Part shown: positions 27,331 through 42,138 of the stretch, piece by piece
Layout of the letters: each line of letters opens with the position of its first letter
Numbering within the stretch: the first letter of the stretch is position 1
Made by a program: the position numbers and the translations under genes
Source: Azolla caroliniana
Lineage: Eukaryota > Plantae > Polypodiophyta
Direction: 5' to 3'
Assembly: GCA_043228905.1 (NCBI GenBank)
Contig: JBHGNT010000010.1
Coordinates: 19,468,001 to 19,532,000, forward strand
DNA: 64,000 nt
The notes under the pieces: model-generated
What the model saw: the letters and a program-made list of their open reading frames with translations, nothing else
Databases searched by the model: none
Told to the model about the DNA's origin: nothing

Positions 27331-29303
27331 CACACTTCATCTTGTCTTCATTTAGATATTTATTCAAGGTTGTCAATACTTGATGGCAAACCTTCTCCTA
27401 GATTGATACAAACAACATTAATTGTGCCTCCCATTGGTCATATTTGACCTCCAAGGATGATAATAAACTCTCTCTCTCTCTCTCTCTCTCTCATGCCTAG
27501 CTAGGAATCTGAAAGTAACCAATAATGTTGGTACATGAATGTTCATACAGAGGCCACACGAGCCATTGAAGCAACGATCGTTATTAAGTTCTCTCACCAT
27601 TGGTATAGGTGGGAAATTTTAAAGGATAGAATAAAAAGAAAAGGTGGAGAGAGATAAAGAAGTAACTTTACAAAGGGACGTCATATTGTGAAATGCACAT
27701 AAAGAGATCAAAACCGGCCTACTTAGCTTCTTACTTCTTGCTCAATTTATAGTTGATACAAAGGTACCCATTTGGGTTGGCTTAGCTACATGCGTGTTAA
27801 AAAGGGTGTGCTAAAAGGGTGGCACAAAGGAACACCACAATATAATAGATACCCATCATAATATAGCCTAAGTTATGTGTTTGGCCCATAGATACAAAAC
27901 TAGTTTGGACTCTAGACTTCCAAGTTATAACAAAAGCACATCAGAAATTTTTTGAGCATGCCATTTTGGGCTCTAACCGAACATCCTATAAAAAGTTGTT
28001 ACCTTTTTATTTAGTTTTAATTATCAATATATCTTTGCATTGTTCTTGTATTTCCTCATAGGCTCGTTTCCATTTCTCATAAAAAGACAACACTATAGAC
28101 ATATGATAATATCATCAAAGAAATATCTACTTTATGATTTCATTTATTAGTGATGGATGGCAAAAGGTGAAAATTAATGACTGATTCGATAATCGTGTAG
28201 GTTTTGAATATGAATTTCAACTTATGATCAGAATACCATTTGGGTTGCATTTCAAGGCGAATTTCAATATTTGTCTTGCACATACCATGATATATCCCAA
28301 AAAAACCAAAATACCAAGTATGTCAATTGTCCTAGTGCTTACGTCTTTTCTTTCTCAAATGTCATAAAGTTTACACGAATGGATATTTGCCAACTATTTA
28401 CCATGTACAAACAAATTGAGCACAACTTTTTGTATTCCAAAATAAGTTTTAGTAGTATCAATAAGTTTGTTATTCCCATTTTGATACAATAAAAAGAACG
28501 AAAAAATAAACAAAGTTAATGGCCAAATGCAATTGCGTGACACATATGGTAAAGGAAGACGAAGACTTGTATTTTTTTTTCCAAAAAAAAGAGCTACTTT
28601 CCCATTAGTTAGGAGAGATTTTTACATAATTGTATTAGTGTAAAATTGATCACAAAGTGTAGATTGTAGTGGTCCAGACTCCAAACCTCTACCAGTATCG
28701 ACATTGGCAAATACCTTGGATATCATATCATACAAAACAACTATAGACGTGATGTTCCTCTTATTCTTATGTCCCACCAGTGTAGCTAGAATACCCTACT
28801 ATCAATTATCATTTTCTCCCATCAACCAATCCATATTTGAAGTTGATGTACGGATGTGCATATTATGTCCAATTGTCTGAATGTAGAACATGTGTATCCA
28901 TGTACCTAAAGTAGGTGACAAAATCAACATGGAAGAACTAGAGAAAGTGGGAACCTCTATCCTCTCGATCTATAGCTTTAGAGTCTCAACTTCATGATCA
29001 CTCAATTCACTTCTAATCAATTGTGCCCTAAATTAGGGCAATCCTAATTGTAGTAAAAGGGGGAGTATTTGTACATGGGTCATGCAAGCCTAACCAAATA
29101 CTCATTTGTGCATCGTAGCATAGTTTGTGTCAATTTCATCCATGACAGTGTTTTAAGCCGTCAATGCCTATCGTTATGAAAGCTCCACGATCTTTGTATC
29201 AAAGTCAATACTTGGAATAGGGCTTCAACTACAATGGAGGTTGCTCCTATTCCTATGTCGATTATATCATGTGATCTTGATACCTTTTCTTATATTATAC
29301 ATT

Positions 29304-29540
29304 ATATTACATGTTGAGTGGATTTTGCATGTGTGTTCCACCATTGTAGTACTCTTTGTGCTGGTAACTTTCTTCAAAGAGTCATTATCTACATGTGCAT
29401 TAGGGTTTGGATTCCTATCCCCCAACATTTTATTACATATTGAGTGGATTTTCCATGTGCTCTCAACCATTGTAGTATTGTTTGTGTGGGTTGTTTTCTT
29501 CTAAGAGTGACTGTCTATAGGTGCAATAGAGTCTGACTCT
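29304..29540. repeat. Diverged ~128-bp tandem duplication
   Basis: tattacat(g/a)ttgagtggatttt..catgtg...accattgtagta occurs twice. Confidence 0.8.
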
Positions 29541-30399
29541 TGCCCCCAATTGGCCCATATATATGTTGAGAAATTTACTAACTAAGCATGCATAAGTCAC
29601 ATACAAATTACCAAAAATATGACATTTATAAAGAATTTCATTCGATGATGTCACTTTTAAGTTTCCATAGCCAAATTGGAGCTTGCTAAGGTTATTTTTG
29701 TCTCACAAAGTTATAAAGACCATCACGGATCTAGTCACAATTTATAGCGATATGTTATCTTTCCTCAATGCAAAATAAATATATGGCCATGGGATGCATC
29801 ACACATTCCTTTATAATGGGATTCAAGAACTGAAATTGGACCATAAATTCAAGCATCCATTGTTGGATGAATCACATTTGTTTTGAACTTTTAGTTGGCC
29901 TTTACAAACCCCATCGCCTCTTTCTGCCACATGTGTGAGGTGTGAACAAGAACATGAAACTCAATTTGGGTGAGTGTGTGTACAAAAGAGAGCAAATGAA
30001 AAGTGGAAGGGATGGCTAATCAAGTGAAGGATAAAGCTTTGTAAAAACTGTAATCTCTACTAGCGAAAGGCTTCAAGAGATTAGGAGGCACCTAACATGC
30101 TTGATGTATAAGAGGAAACGCGTGGTTGTAGAGGACTTAAGCGATAACAAGGGAAGCACACAATTAACATGCGTTCAACAATGAGCACATTAGTATAGAA
30201 GAAAACAAGGCCTTAAATGTTACAAAACAATATTCTGGAACTCGGCGGGGGGGGGGGGGGGGGGGGGTGATTCCCCGATTTATATATAAGCCACCTTGTA
30301 TAGCCTTTCTATAAAAATCTCTCCTAACTAATGGGAAAGTAGCCCCTTCTTTGGAAAATAAAATGTTACAAAACAATATAAAATTGTTGTTTTCGCATG

Positions 30400-30590
30400 T
30401 GCAGGAATTTGGTATATTCGGCGAGATGGTTGATGAGGACTTAACGAAGCAATTTTTATGTTTTTTTATAAGGACGAGTGATGATGGTGTGGGGGGCGAA
30501 GAATATGCTCATGAGGAGAGGAGGAAACTTGACTTAATTTGTTGTTGTATGTACAAAATTTGGTGGTAATCCGGCAAGATGGTTGATGGG
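30400..30590 (-). repeat. Inverted dispersed copy of the ~167-bp repeat family found at 51318-53480
   Basis: gagatggttgatgaggacttaacgaagca...gagtgatgatggtg is the reverse complement of catcatcactcatcc...tgcttcgtttagtccacatcaaccatctc. Confidence 0.75.
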
Positions 30591-31147
30591 GAAAGAGGAA
30601 GCATAGTTGTTGACTTTACAACCACGAATATGGAAAGTGGTCTCTTGAAAAACCAAAGAATGTAGTTGATCGCCCTCAAAACCGAGATGTATAGGTTGAA
30701 GAAGTATTGAATGACTGATAACTATGACCTCAAAGGGTTTGTTTCCGAATAAAGCTACTTTCGTTGTTGCCTATTGATATGGATACCTTGCAATGTATCC
30801 AAGCAGTAGATTGTAATTGTTGGACTGTTTTCTCTATGTTGGAGTACATAGATTTGTTTCCTCAACCGTTGTCTACACAAGACGAGCTTGGGAAAAAATA
30901 CTTTGTATGATGTAACCATTATGACCTTTCTTTATAACTAATGGAAGGGTAATTTGTTTTGAAATTATTAATTTTTGTTGTTTTCGTACTTAACTAATGA
31001 AACTTTATTGCAAGGACTCGTTTCTACCACATAATACATTGGGTGTAAAAAAACATTGACATGAATGGGAGTAAAGTTAAAGAATATTGTATTTTGTAGC
31101 AAATGTCTTATTTGCAAAGTCGATCAAATTCTTGATAGATTCTTGAG

Positions 31148-31737
31148 TAGGAATCGGCAACGGTTTGGTTTAGGCTTAACCGCTTTGACCTTATCCAAGC
31201 CAAACCGGTTAAGCCTAAACCGTTTTGGGGTTCTCAAACCTGAACCAAACCAAACCAAACCGATCCCTAAATTGGTGTAGGCTAAACCGGTTTAGGAACC
31301 GGTTTTTGAGCCGATTTGGAATGAAAAAGCTTTAGAGGTGTGACGAAACCCAAAAAACACCATGACCACTTCTACTCTTCTTCTCCTCCTCGTAACTCGC
31401 ACCCCCTTGGCCTTACCACTGATGAGTCCGAATTCAATTCCTAGTCCCACCTCCACAACTCCCTCTCCGTAGACTACTACTATTAGTTGGTTGACATCCA
31501 CAAATCCCCTTCCTCCCACCACCCGAACCAAGAGCCCCGAGGCTATGGTGACCTCTCACTCTCGGTGATCCAACCCTTCTCCAAATTTGACAAGGTTTAG
31601 ACGGCTTAATTGGCTTACCCGGTTTGGCAAGGCTCAAGCCGAGCCGAGCTCAAACTGCTTAGGTGGGCTCAAGCCTAACCTGAGCCGCTAAGCCACTAAA
31701 CCGGTTTAGGCTTGAGCCGAGCTGTTGTCGATCCCTA
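31148..31737. mobile_element. hAT-type MITE
   Basis: Imperfect ~35-bp TIRs (TAGGAATCGGCAAC.../...GTTGTCGATCCCTA), perfect 8-bp TSD TTCTTGAG (31140-31147, 31738-31745), AAACCG subterminal motifs. Confidence 0.88.
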
Positions 31738-33248
31738 TTCTTGAGTAGCCATTAGTAATGGATACTTATCATTGTGAAATATCATGATTAGGTTTGCATT
31801 ATCTTCACTTGTTCCCAAATAGGCTAGATAAGGAAAAAATGTAATGTTTAAAGTGACAACTCTAAAGCATGCAAATAAGGAGGTTTCACTAAGAAAAATA
31901 ACTATATCTTCTAATGGCAAAGTCATTTGTGCATATATGATAAAAAAATCTTCATGTTTTTATTTTTCGGTGGAAAATTGTGAATCTTATTGAGTAACAT
32001 GAGTTGGAGTGTTGTATTTTGGAGACATCCATAAGTTTCTAGTCATATTTGCATTGTAGGTCATTTTGCTCATTCACTAAATAAATCTTGCACATGTTCC
32101 CTAAAATCTTTGAGACTCTATATGTTTCCTAAAAATTGTTTGATGTCAACATTCATGAAGAACATTAGATTATTCAAGAGGCAATGGTTCATTTTTGAGT
32201 GTATGATACACAAACTCCAAAGCAACCAAATGGAATTTATATTGGGTATACAAAAGAATGTGAAGAAGTTGTGCTATCAAGAAATCAATTAAAAGTGCAT
32301 GCCTAGTGGAGAAGGTTCAATACACATATCGAAGGTTGGGTACACATATCCAATAGTTTTTTGCTTTATTAACATATCTTCCTCTATACAAGGGTTTGAT
32401 CCAACTAGCACAACAATAATGAGGTATGGCATGCTTAAGCTTAGGATCAAACATATCATATATCTTGCCTTATGTTTCCACTATTGTCAATTTCAACATG
32501 AAGGTGTTACGTTACACCTTGAAGGTATTTTGGCTTGTGAGTAACCAAATTGGTAAGCCATTTGTGTATACCCTCAATGGCCATGCAATGCATCCGACAT
32601 TGTATGCATAAAATACTTTTCATACTTTTCCTTATCCTTATTTGCATCTAAACTCATCAATAGCTTTGGGCGTCAATGCATTCCTTCGAGCAAATTTTGT
32701 TATGTCTTTATTAGACATGGACAACATGACAACCAATGTGGCTTATATAAGTACTAACTTTAAATCTATGCAAAACAAATTATTATTCCGCTTGTCATAA
32801 AATTTACTTGCTTGAGTATTTCCATACATTTGAAATCAAACACATTAAGGTCCATGAACTAGTTCTTGAGTTCATTGGCCAACTCCAATCTAGCATATCT
32901 AGCTTGTCACACTATTTCTTTTATGGTTTCTACATGTGGTCAAGTGCCACTCCCCAAGAGAGATCCAATCTCTTGAGTAGTGGTCAACATCACTTTTGCT
33001 CTAATGTAACCTAATCATAAAACATCGACCACTCACTTGATTTCATGACCGAAAGCTTGACATTGCCACTATGAACATTCCTTTACACTTGCATTTTTAG
33101 AAAGGCACATCATGCATGCTTTTTTATGTGGAGTTAGGCATGTTGAACATAAAATATGGTGAGGTCTCCCCACCGTTTCCTCTTTTATGTCATTATTGAC
33201 ATCATGACCCTTGTACAAGAAAACAACAACGATCCACATTCTTACTCA

Positions 33249-34220
33249 CAAGGTTGTTAGGTACGGTACAGATACCATATGTATTTAACGTATTAATACC
33301 CGTATACTACCTTCCAATTTAAAAATATGTTAAATACGTTTTCTTAATATGTTAAATACTTATAAAATACGTAAAATACTTCTAGAATTTGAAAATTATT
33401 TACCTTTCTAAAAAATATCTATAATTTTGATAAAAACATCTATGTTTTCACAAATTTGTGATGTACAATATAGTTCTACATCCTAAAATGCATATAAGAC
33501 ATTTGAACATTTCACATCCTAAAATACTTGTAGTAATATGGATGTTGACATTCCCTTATTCTATAAATCAGTGTAAGTGTGTATCACGATGTTCTACTTC
33601 AAATTGTAATTATTTACAATTATGCCTTCATAGATTGAGAAATCGTCGACGATTATCACACTCATGATAGATTTCTCTTTTCTTCGTTTTTTTCTTCTTT
33701 TTCTATCTTCTGCGATTATCACACTCATGACATGTTTATGTCGTCTTTTCTCTTTTCTCTCTTCTTCGTTTTCTTATTCTTCTTCTTCTATCTTCTGCGA
33801 TTATCACACTCAAGACAAGTTTATGTCTTCTTTTCTCTTTTCTCTCTTCTTCGTTTTCTTCTTCTTCTTCTTCTATCTTCTGCGATTATCACACTTAGGA
33901 CAAGTTTATGTCTTTTTTTCCCTTTTCGCTCTCTCTCTTCTTCTTCTTCTTCTTCTTCTTCGTCTCTTCTATTCTTCTTCCTTCCTTCCTTTGGCTTCTT
34001 TTTCACTATTTTTTTTATTTTTTTGCTTTTTGTTAGGGTTTTACTTACATTTTCTTTATAAATACGTATTATACCTGTTTTTTTAAAAATACGTTAAATA
34101 CTGTATTGGACAAATGTACATGATATTTGACTGAACAACATTGAGGTATAGTACGTACTATACAAATGATGAGGTACTATACGTATTTAAACGTTAAATA
34201 CGGGTACGTAAACAACCAAA
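33249..34220. mobile_element. Probable older hAT-type non-autonomous element with internal CT-rich tandem repeats
   Basis: Ends CAAGGTTGTT.../...AACAACCAAA, flanks cttactca/gttactca (7/8), TACG-rich subtermini, ~4 internal cgattatcacact repeats at 33648-33910. Confidence 0.5.
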
Positions 34221-35308
34221 GTTACTCAGCACCTAACAAAAGGTAAGATGAAGACCACATGCCCTATATTGGGCATCCTATGGTCACCTCTAATGTTAGA
34301 AAAAATAAATCATTGCCTATATCGTCCATCCAAAATAAGCCAAATAGGTCTAACAATGGATAAGCTCAACAAGTAATTACATTATTGTAAACGGTTGAAA
34401 AACTAAACAACCAAGTTGAACTTCCCAACGTTATAGATAGATGTAGCCTTTTGAGAATTACTTAGATTGGGAAGATCAAAGAAACTATCAACGTATACCA
34501 ACTTGTAAGTTTAGTGCATAACCCCTACTTAATATTAAACAATACCCAAGTATTGGAAGGCTTTTTTATCCCCCGTCTTGGAAGGACCCCAAATTTAGAT
34601 GTGTAAATGCAATTTCTAAGGTAGCTGTGTGAGGGCTTTTGCTATTCGAAATGTTGGTTGATGAGGATATGATGGTTATGTTTCCCTATATGAGTTGTTT
34701 GTAGCCTTTGGGCATCTTTCCATCAATACCAAGGTGAATCTTAAAAAAAACAAAAAACAAAAACCCATACTTAATATTCATAGTGGACTTTGTAAACTCT
34801 TAACTAAAATTCAAATTATCACATCAAGTGTCAACATCATGAGTGCATGAACGTATAATGCATCTTCATTTCATGAATGTGGCTCTTCTCGCGTGTTATG
34901 GCATATAACTTATTGCAATATGTTATATCTACAGACTACACATATTGTAATATTGTTATCATTCATTGATCTAGGAACTTCAAAACTCCCCCACATTAGG
35001 GAGCATATAAAAAGCAGTTTTTTATTTGGAAATATGGTAAGTCCTAAAGCTTGGCAATGAACAATTTCATACAAGCATACATAAAGACCCTTTAGACAAG
35101 TTCTTTTCAAGGACTCTCTAATCCTTAAGAGTTTTGGAAGTATAGATTACAGAAGACACGCTTGTCATTAGCATCATATCATATTATTTCCTTGATCATT
35201 GATAAACAAAGTCTATAGATGGTGATTTTATAATCTTATAAGAAGCAAAACATGCGTTTATTGTGTCAAAATGACAATCTAATGGGATTTGCATGGCCAA
35301 CTATGTAT

Positions 35309-35352
<44 letters not shown>

Positions 35353-35456
35353 CATCTAGCCACATGTAGACAAAGGCAAAACCAAAACTCACACAAAGGT
35401 TTAAACCTTGGGGTCATAATTAATAAAGATACACTTGATAAATACAATAATATGTC

Positions 35457-36055
35457 TAGCAATGGGCACGGTTCGGTTCGGTGTTTCAAGGCAAAGAAAC
35501 CAAACCAAACCGAAACCAAACCGTTTATTTAAAACAAAACAAAACAAAACCGTTTATGAACCCTCAGTATTTAAACCAAACTATTTAAGAAAAAGTTTAA
35601 ACCAAACCATTTAAAACCAAACCGAACCATTTAATAAAAAATTTAAACCTAACCACTTAAGTCAAACCAGGTAAACATCTAAAGGAACAAAAATACATTA
35701 AATTAAATAAGCATTTAAGTTAAATTTATTAAATCAATAAAAGAAACTTTAATTGAACCATTAAATTAAATAAACATTTAAGTTAAATTAATTAAATCAA
35801 TAAAAAACCATTAATTAAACCATTACATCAATAAACTATTAAGGTATAAAAATAAAAGTTAACAAAAAACCTATAAACCTTTAAACCTTTAAACCAAACC
35901 TATAAATCTATAAACCTGAGTTTTAGAACCGAAACCAAACCGTTTATCGAGAATCCAAACCAAACCAAACCATTATTTTGTTTTGGAACCAATAAACCAT
36001 TCAACCATGACTTAACGGTTCGGTTCGGTTCGAGCCGAAACCGTGCCCATTGCCA
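35457..36055. mobile_element. hAT-type MITE
   Basis: TIR TAGCAATGGGCACGGTT.../...AACCGTGCCCATTGCCA, perfect 8-bp TSD AATATGTC (35449-35456, 36056-36063), AAACC subterminal motifs. Confidence 0.9.
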
Positions 36056-36850
36056 AATATGTCTCTGACTAAAGTAGGTAAATTCACAATTCCTACAAAG
36101 TTACACAATGACCAAAACATGTTTGTAGAATACATAGCATACAACATGCATAATTTTAGTATGTTAAGTATTCTACCTTTCTTAAGTACTTACAATATGT
36201 ATTCTATAGATGCAATACATGAAAAAATATGTTAAATACTTCTTAATTTTTAAAGTTTAAAAAAATGACTTTTTGGAAATGTACGTAAAATATGTTGAAT
36301 CCTTAAGAGTACGTGTAGAATACTTTAAAGTGTAGAGTATATTAAAAAAATTCTAAACATAAAATATATGTTTTTTAACAACTATGGACTAGAAGTAGTG
36401 TTGTACGTGATTCAAAGTAAAGGTTATTATATAAATCTAATCAATTTGATATACTCGAAATTAGAAATGGATTATGAATTGTGTCAATCGATTCAAATCC
36501 ACCTATTCACCTTCTCGAGTTCTCTTTTTGCGAAAAGGACATTTTAAATGTTGCTTGATGAATGTATCAAAATAGTACTAACTTCAAAAATATTGTTTAT
36601 GAGTCTACCAGAATAACACTAACATTAAGGAGTCAACTAATCCAATTAAATGCTCAATTGATTGAGGATAAACATAAAACGAGACAAAAAGGATAACTTT
36701 TCGGACAATAATTCACCTTGAAAGAACATGTTTGGATATAGTTTTCTTTATTCACATGAGCATCACATTCATGCATGAAATAATAAGATACTACCAGGAA
36801 AAAACGACAATTTTGAAAGTGCAAATAATGCTCTAATCAATGTTGTGCTT

Positions 36851-37422
36851 TTATGCTTGAATAATGTGTGTATATGGTTATTGTTGGTATTGCTACCACA
36901 TGAAACACTTAAATACCGTACAATGAAAATGAAAGTTCATGCTCCGCCTTATGAAGACCTAGGGCTAGTATGTACCTACTCCTCCAAACCAAGACTTCTA
37001 TGTGTCATATCATCGGGAAAATCTTGTCACTTAGAGTTATACTTGAACAATGTGTGTATATGGTTATTGTTCGTATTGCTACCACATGAAACACTTAAAT
37101 ACCTTACAATGAAAATAAGAGTTCATCCTCCTGAGTCCTCCTTATGAAGACCTAGAGGCTAGTATGTACCTACTCCTCCAAACCAAGACTTCTATGTGTT
37201 CATATCATCGGGAAAATCTTGTCACTCAGAATTATGCTTGAACAATCTGTGTATATGGTTATTGTTGGTATTGTTGCCACATGAAACACTTAAATACCTT
37301 ACAATGAAAATGAAAGTTCATCCTCTTCCTTATGAAGACCTAGAGGCTAGTATGTACCAACTCCTCCAAACCAAAACTTCTATGTGTTTATATCATTGGG
37401 AAAATCTTGTCACTTAGAGTTA
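36851..37422. repeat. ~190-bp tandem repeat, 3 copies
   Basis: Unit atgcttgaa(t/c)aatgtgtgtatatggttattg...gggaaaatcttgtcacttagagtt is repeated three times. Confidence 0.93.
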
Positions 37423-38773
37423 ATTAAGAATATATTTCTTGTTTGTTCAATGTGCTAATGTTGTTTCCATTATCAAATTGTAACAGGCATTTAAATGAAC
37501 TATGATAATATCATAACAATGTACACAAATATTTTAATATTATTTACTAATAGTACTCTTGGAAATTATAATGCCCACTCGTGATTGAAGCTTCTACATC
37601 ACATTGGATAAAAACACCAACAAGAAGTTGGGATCTACAAATTTCGTATGGGTTGGATGTTGAAACGATCATGTTTATGTTTATAAAGTTCATGTATAGT
37701 AAAACATTGATATTGGCATAAAACAAATGATATAACTTTGACAAACTTAATCTAGGCTTTAGTTCAAACATGTTCATAAACTAGTGTTAATTTAAGCAGT
37801 AAATGAGCAAATCCATATTTTTATCAACATATTGTTGGTGTTTAAGGAGACAAAGCATTTGCTTGAGCTAAGTTAAATCGTCTATTTATAACCATGAGGT
37901 TGTGGGTGCAAACCCATGTGAACTATTCTAAGGGGAACCTAAGATCAATACATCATTCATGCTTTCCCCCTCTGAAGGATCCTTCACTGACTTGACTGTT
38001 TGAATATCTATGTCAACCCTTTAACCTCTACATAAAACACAGGGCCATCTAAAATATTTACGCACATATTGCGAACTTACGTTATGAAATACCATGGTGA
38101 CAACAAGTATTGTCATCTAGACAAAGAAAAGAGGCATCTCATTGCATGATAAAGCCTGATTTGGAAGCATTGACTTCAAGCTACAATTAACAAGTCTATG
38201 ATCATGTATCCTAAATGTTTTCTCTAAAAATATGTCTTTGATTCTTTATGTTCTTGTTTCCATGACCCAAGGGTTGGAAACCTACCATCATCTTAAAATA
38301 ATGCTAATAAACCAATGTGATGGTGCTCAAAATAAAGAAGTCATAGTGTGATGTAATGTTGACAAAAATAAAATAAATACACGAGAAAACTGGCCTTTGG
38401 GATTCTATGTTGATATCATAAAAAGGTAGAAAGTCAATGGAAATTCAAAATGTGCCTTTCTCATTTTTGTGGTCAAATGGACACATTCTAAAATTTGAAG
38501 CAACATGACATCCTTCCAGTCCAATATGAAGTCAAATCGAATGATCATATGACTTCATACAACAATGAAGCAAACTTCGACCCTCAACTTGCTTTCAAAG
38601 GTTTACTTAAAAGTTTTTACAATTGAAACTACAACGTTTGAAGCACAAATCCATATCATTTTCAATCTGCTCTCCCCCAAACAGCTAATTTCATGGAATA
38701 ATATGTGATTTGTATGCAATAGATTCAGGCTACTTTAATCACATGCTTTTTGTTGCCCCATAAAAGAAAATTT

Positions 38774-41700
38774 TTACTCACTTTCTTGGCCTTGGCAAGC
38801 TGCTATTATTAGTACACAAGCATGCAAGAAATGGTCAGGGCCTCTAAGATTTTGAGCTATCCAATCCATAGGCAAGTCTGGGTTGGGTTCAATACCTTGT
38901 ATACGGATGATTCCATTTTGGAAATGTGGTTTCGGTACCCTATGAGACAAGTTTAAGCTCTTAAAATATAGTTGTTCACTTTGTACATTTATGTGATCGA
39001 CTAATTCATTTTCCCTTATTAGAGGAAAAGGGAACCTTCTCTCCCTCCCTGGAATCTCCATTGCAAGTGAACACAGCTCCGGTACAATCCTTTTGAGAGC
39101 CTCCCAAAGTGTCAGAACAATTCCTGAACAACATAGAACATTTGGTCCAAAAAGTTCATAAACAAAAGACACAAAAATGTAATGTAAAAATTCAGAAAGC
39201 TAAAAAGTAAAAGTCTCAGAGTTAAAATGCTATCTCTCACCGTGATGTAATAGCAGCAGAAAAAATAAAAATAAAAGCTTTTTTAATCCTAGTTTTACAT
39301 GCCATCAAATTACAAGTTCAAAAAGAAGAATGGAAAGTTTCCTTTTTATAACCTAGAATAGATAGACCATTTGATTAGAGTTAGAGACTCTTACAATCCT
39401 TCATACTCATGAAAACTTACAAATTTAGAAGCTTAAGAATAATGCTAGTAAAAGGATATGAGACAATGTTTTTATATTGTTTATATTTTTTTAGCATGAA
39501 GCTATTCAAAATCTAGGCAGTCATCAATCTAGAAATACGGAATTCAAACTTTTAAAAGTAACAACACAATCTATCAGAATGCTGAAAAGTTATGCAGGTA
39601 TACCATCATCTCCCCATACATCCATTGGTCTTGCTATGTATGTGATTTCATCCCAGTTTTTCATTGCCAATGCCTTGGTCCAATCTGAATTCTCCACTTT
39701 CAGGGTTCTTATATACAAGCGCAAAGGAATTCTCAAGGGTATAGTCTCCCCACCAATCCCTACTACACACCCAAGCAGAGGCACTTCATGACTTCAATCA
39801 ATCTACACTATAACAGTAGATGATATTTATATAGCTAGCCACGTGCATTTTAACTTCATCAATTCACCTATCTGCTTTGATTGTGTTTGTCCAACAGTTG
39901 AGCTTGTGCCAGGAGTAGATGCCAACTTCAAAGACACACGATCATAATTTTCAAGATCACCTGGACAATATTTCTCTTTGTACAATTCTTAAAAGAATGT
40001 AGCTGTACAAAAATAAAAGCACTTTTTGTGCAGAATTTTTCAGTATTTTTAGTTAGAGAACCTTGCACAACTGATCGCCAAAGATCTACTTGATCAGACT
40101 GGGATAAATTCATCACATGCTTTGTGCTTCCATGTGTAACGTATGATGCCTGTTGAAAAAAGAACTAGTTCACAAAACCAGCCTCTAGTAATGAATAGAT
40201 TCTAAGTTAAAAAAACTTAAATAATGAATGATGTTTCAAAACACCATGACCTAGATAAGACCCATTAATCTTTCTCACATGACAATCCAAAAATCTTCAG
40301 CACAAGAGAAAATCCTCAGAAAAATATTATAAAACTGATTAGTAGGTGGGAAGAGAGGAGAAACAAGCAGAAAGATGTATATCATGTCACTCACCTCCTT
40401 AAGGGAATTGATGTAGTTCCATTTAACCGCGTCTTCCCCATCATAAGGAATAAGCTCAGCAGGATAACCTCTAAAATGGACCTGTTAATAATGGTAATGA
40501 AGCTTTGTTATTCATGCCCTAAAGGATATTGTATAGTCTCTCATCATCTCTCTATCACAGGAAAACTTTGGAAGTTCTATAAATACGATATCATGAAGAA
40601 GGAAAATTCAAACTTCATAATCATATCCACTTGTTTATTCTGTAATGTTATGCACTATCTTTAACATAATATTTGAATTGAATACATAATAGCCAGCAAC
40701 CAAAGTGCATCTAAATGACAAAGAACATAGATTCTTTCACGCCATGGTGCAACCTGATGATGGCCATCTATGCCAAACTCCTAATTTTATCATAGCATTA
40801 CCTTTCTCATTTTTTTCCCATGCCCCAGTTCTTAGATCAACTAAGAGATATGAACACGTTCTAAACAATTTATTTTCAAACTTGCCACCAAAATTCTTGC
40901 TTTATGAACTTGTGCCTTTCAAACACAAACAGACATGCTTTCATTATAATTTGAACAAAGAAAAAAGGGTAAAATGCAAAAGAAAACAAAAAACTGAAAA
41001 CATGGAAGCTAACCCCAAGCCACAATCTTCTGAGCATCAGTTCAAGTAGCACAAGACCATCAACACTAAATTTTTATCATTTCTAAAAATACAGTGTCCA
41101 TTGTATATTGAGAAGCCACCATTTAAATTTTTGTTTCTTTTCGAAATTGAAAGTAGACCATAACATTCAGCTCAAAAAGCAGAAATGTACGTCCTATGAA
41201 TCAAACACGAAAACATACACGAATGGATCATATCTATCAGAGTACATAAAAAAGCCTACCACAACCCATAAGAAATAGGTCAACCAATAAAGGTATGTTT
41301 TAAAAATGTAGTGCATCTGAAAATAGTTTCAAGCACATACCACAAGATTCCAAGGTCTTTCTGGATTGAAGCATAGAAGATCAAAAAGTACTCCAATAGG
41401 AATATGCCTGCCGATGCCATAAAAAAGAAAATTATTCATAGATCCTTCACAGGAATGCATACACATGGCACATTATTAACTGTCTATTTTATTCCTCTAT
41501 ATATCAATTCATAGAAATGCTATACACAATGGGATAGACATCGAACATACTTCAATAAAACCATATGATGATTGTCTATCAGAATATGAGATATTCCTAT
41601 CTTGAGGTAAAACTTAAGGAGTATTCTTTAAGAAATTAAAGACAGATGCATGGATTATACACACCAATTAAATGACAATATATCTGAGTTCTTTGAGTGA

Positions 41701-42138
41701 TTCCAAAAGAAAAATGTTATAAATCAATTACCACTTTAAAGGAAGATCTTCATATTCAAACCATCCAGTGTCTTGTCCAATTGGCAAAGCGCTTTGAAAA
41801 CGTGGCTTCACTGTAGGAACTAAAAGAGGCAAGTATCCATTTCGCGGTGCAAGTATCTGTACAAATTACCCGAGAAATGAAGTTTTAGAGGCATTGTTCT
41901 CTCAAACAATGGAAAAAATCTAATGATCTTGAGTGAATCTTTCAATGACAATATTGAAATGTGAACAAAATGAATCAACTTATTGAAAAGAAATAAACTT
42001 TGGATACTAAAACAAAGTGAAATCGAGATATACAAATGCTGGAGGAGGTGATGGCATTGTGGTAACTTCTGTGCTGTGAAGAACTAGTTGTAATGGGATT
42101 GCACCCTTCCACACAAGCTTACGCTCCTCTGAAACCAT
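38774..42138 (-). CDS. ATG5: Autophagy protein 5 (~357 aa)
   Basis: Exons 42138-42034 (VWKGAIPLQ), 41856-41732 (APRNGYLPLL..WFEYEDLPLKW), 41407-41341 (HIPIGVLFDLL..PWNL), 40481-40395 (HFRGYP..YINSLKE, ATG12-acceptor Lys motif), 40149-40062, 39960-39868, 39762-39604 (RIPLRLY), 39123-38774 (RIQGIE..PDHFLH); all GT-AG and in phase. Confidence 0.95.

Noticed and set aside
33664-34086. Phe/Leu/Ser-rich ORFs resembling membrane proteins
   Set aside because: Translations of CT-rich repeats inside a probable MITE
36845-37417. Repeat-protein ORFs
   Set aside because: The frame is not kept between repeat units and there is no domain similarity
37860-37925. tRNA gene
   Set aside because: Only a degenerate B-box-like stretch with no cloverleaf; at most SINE debris
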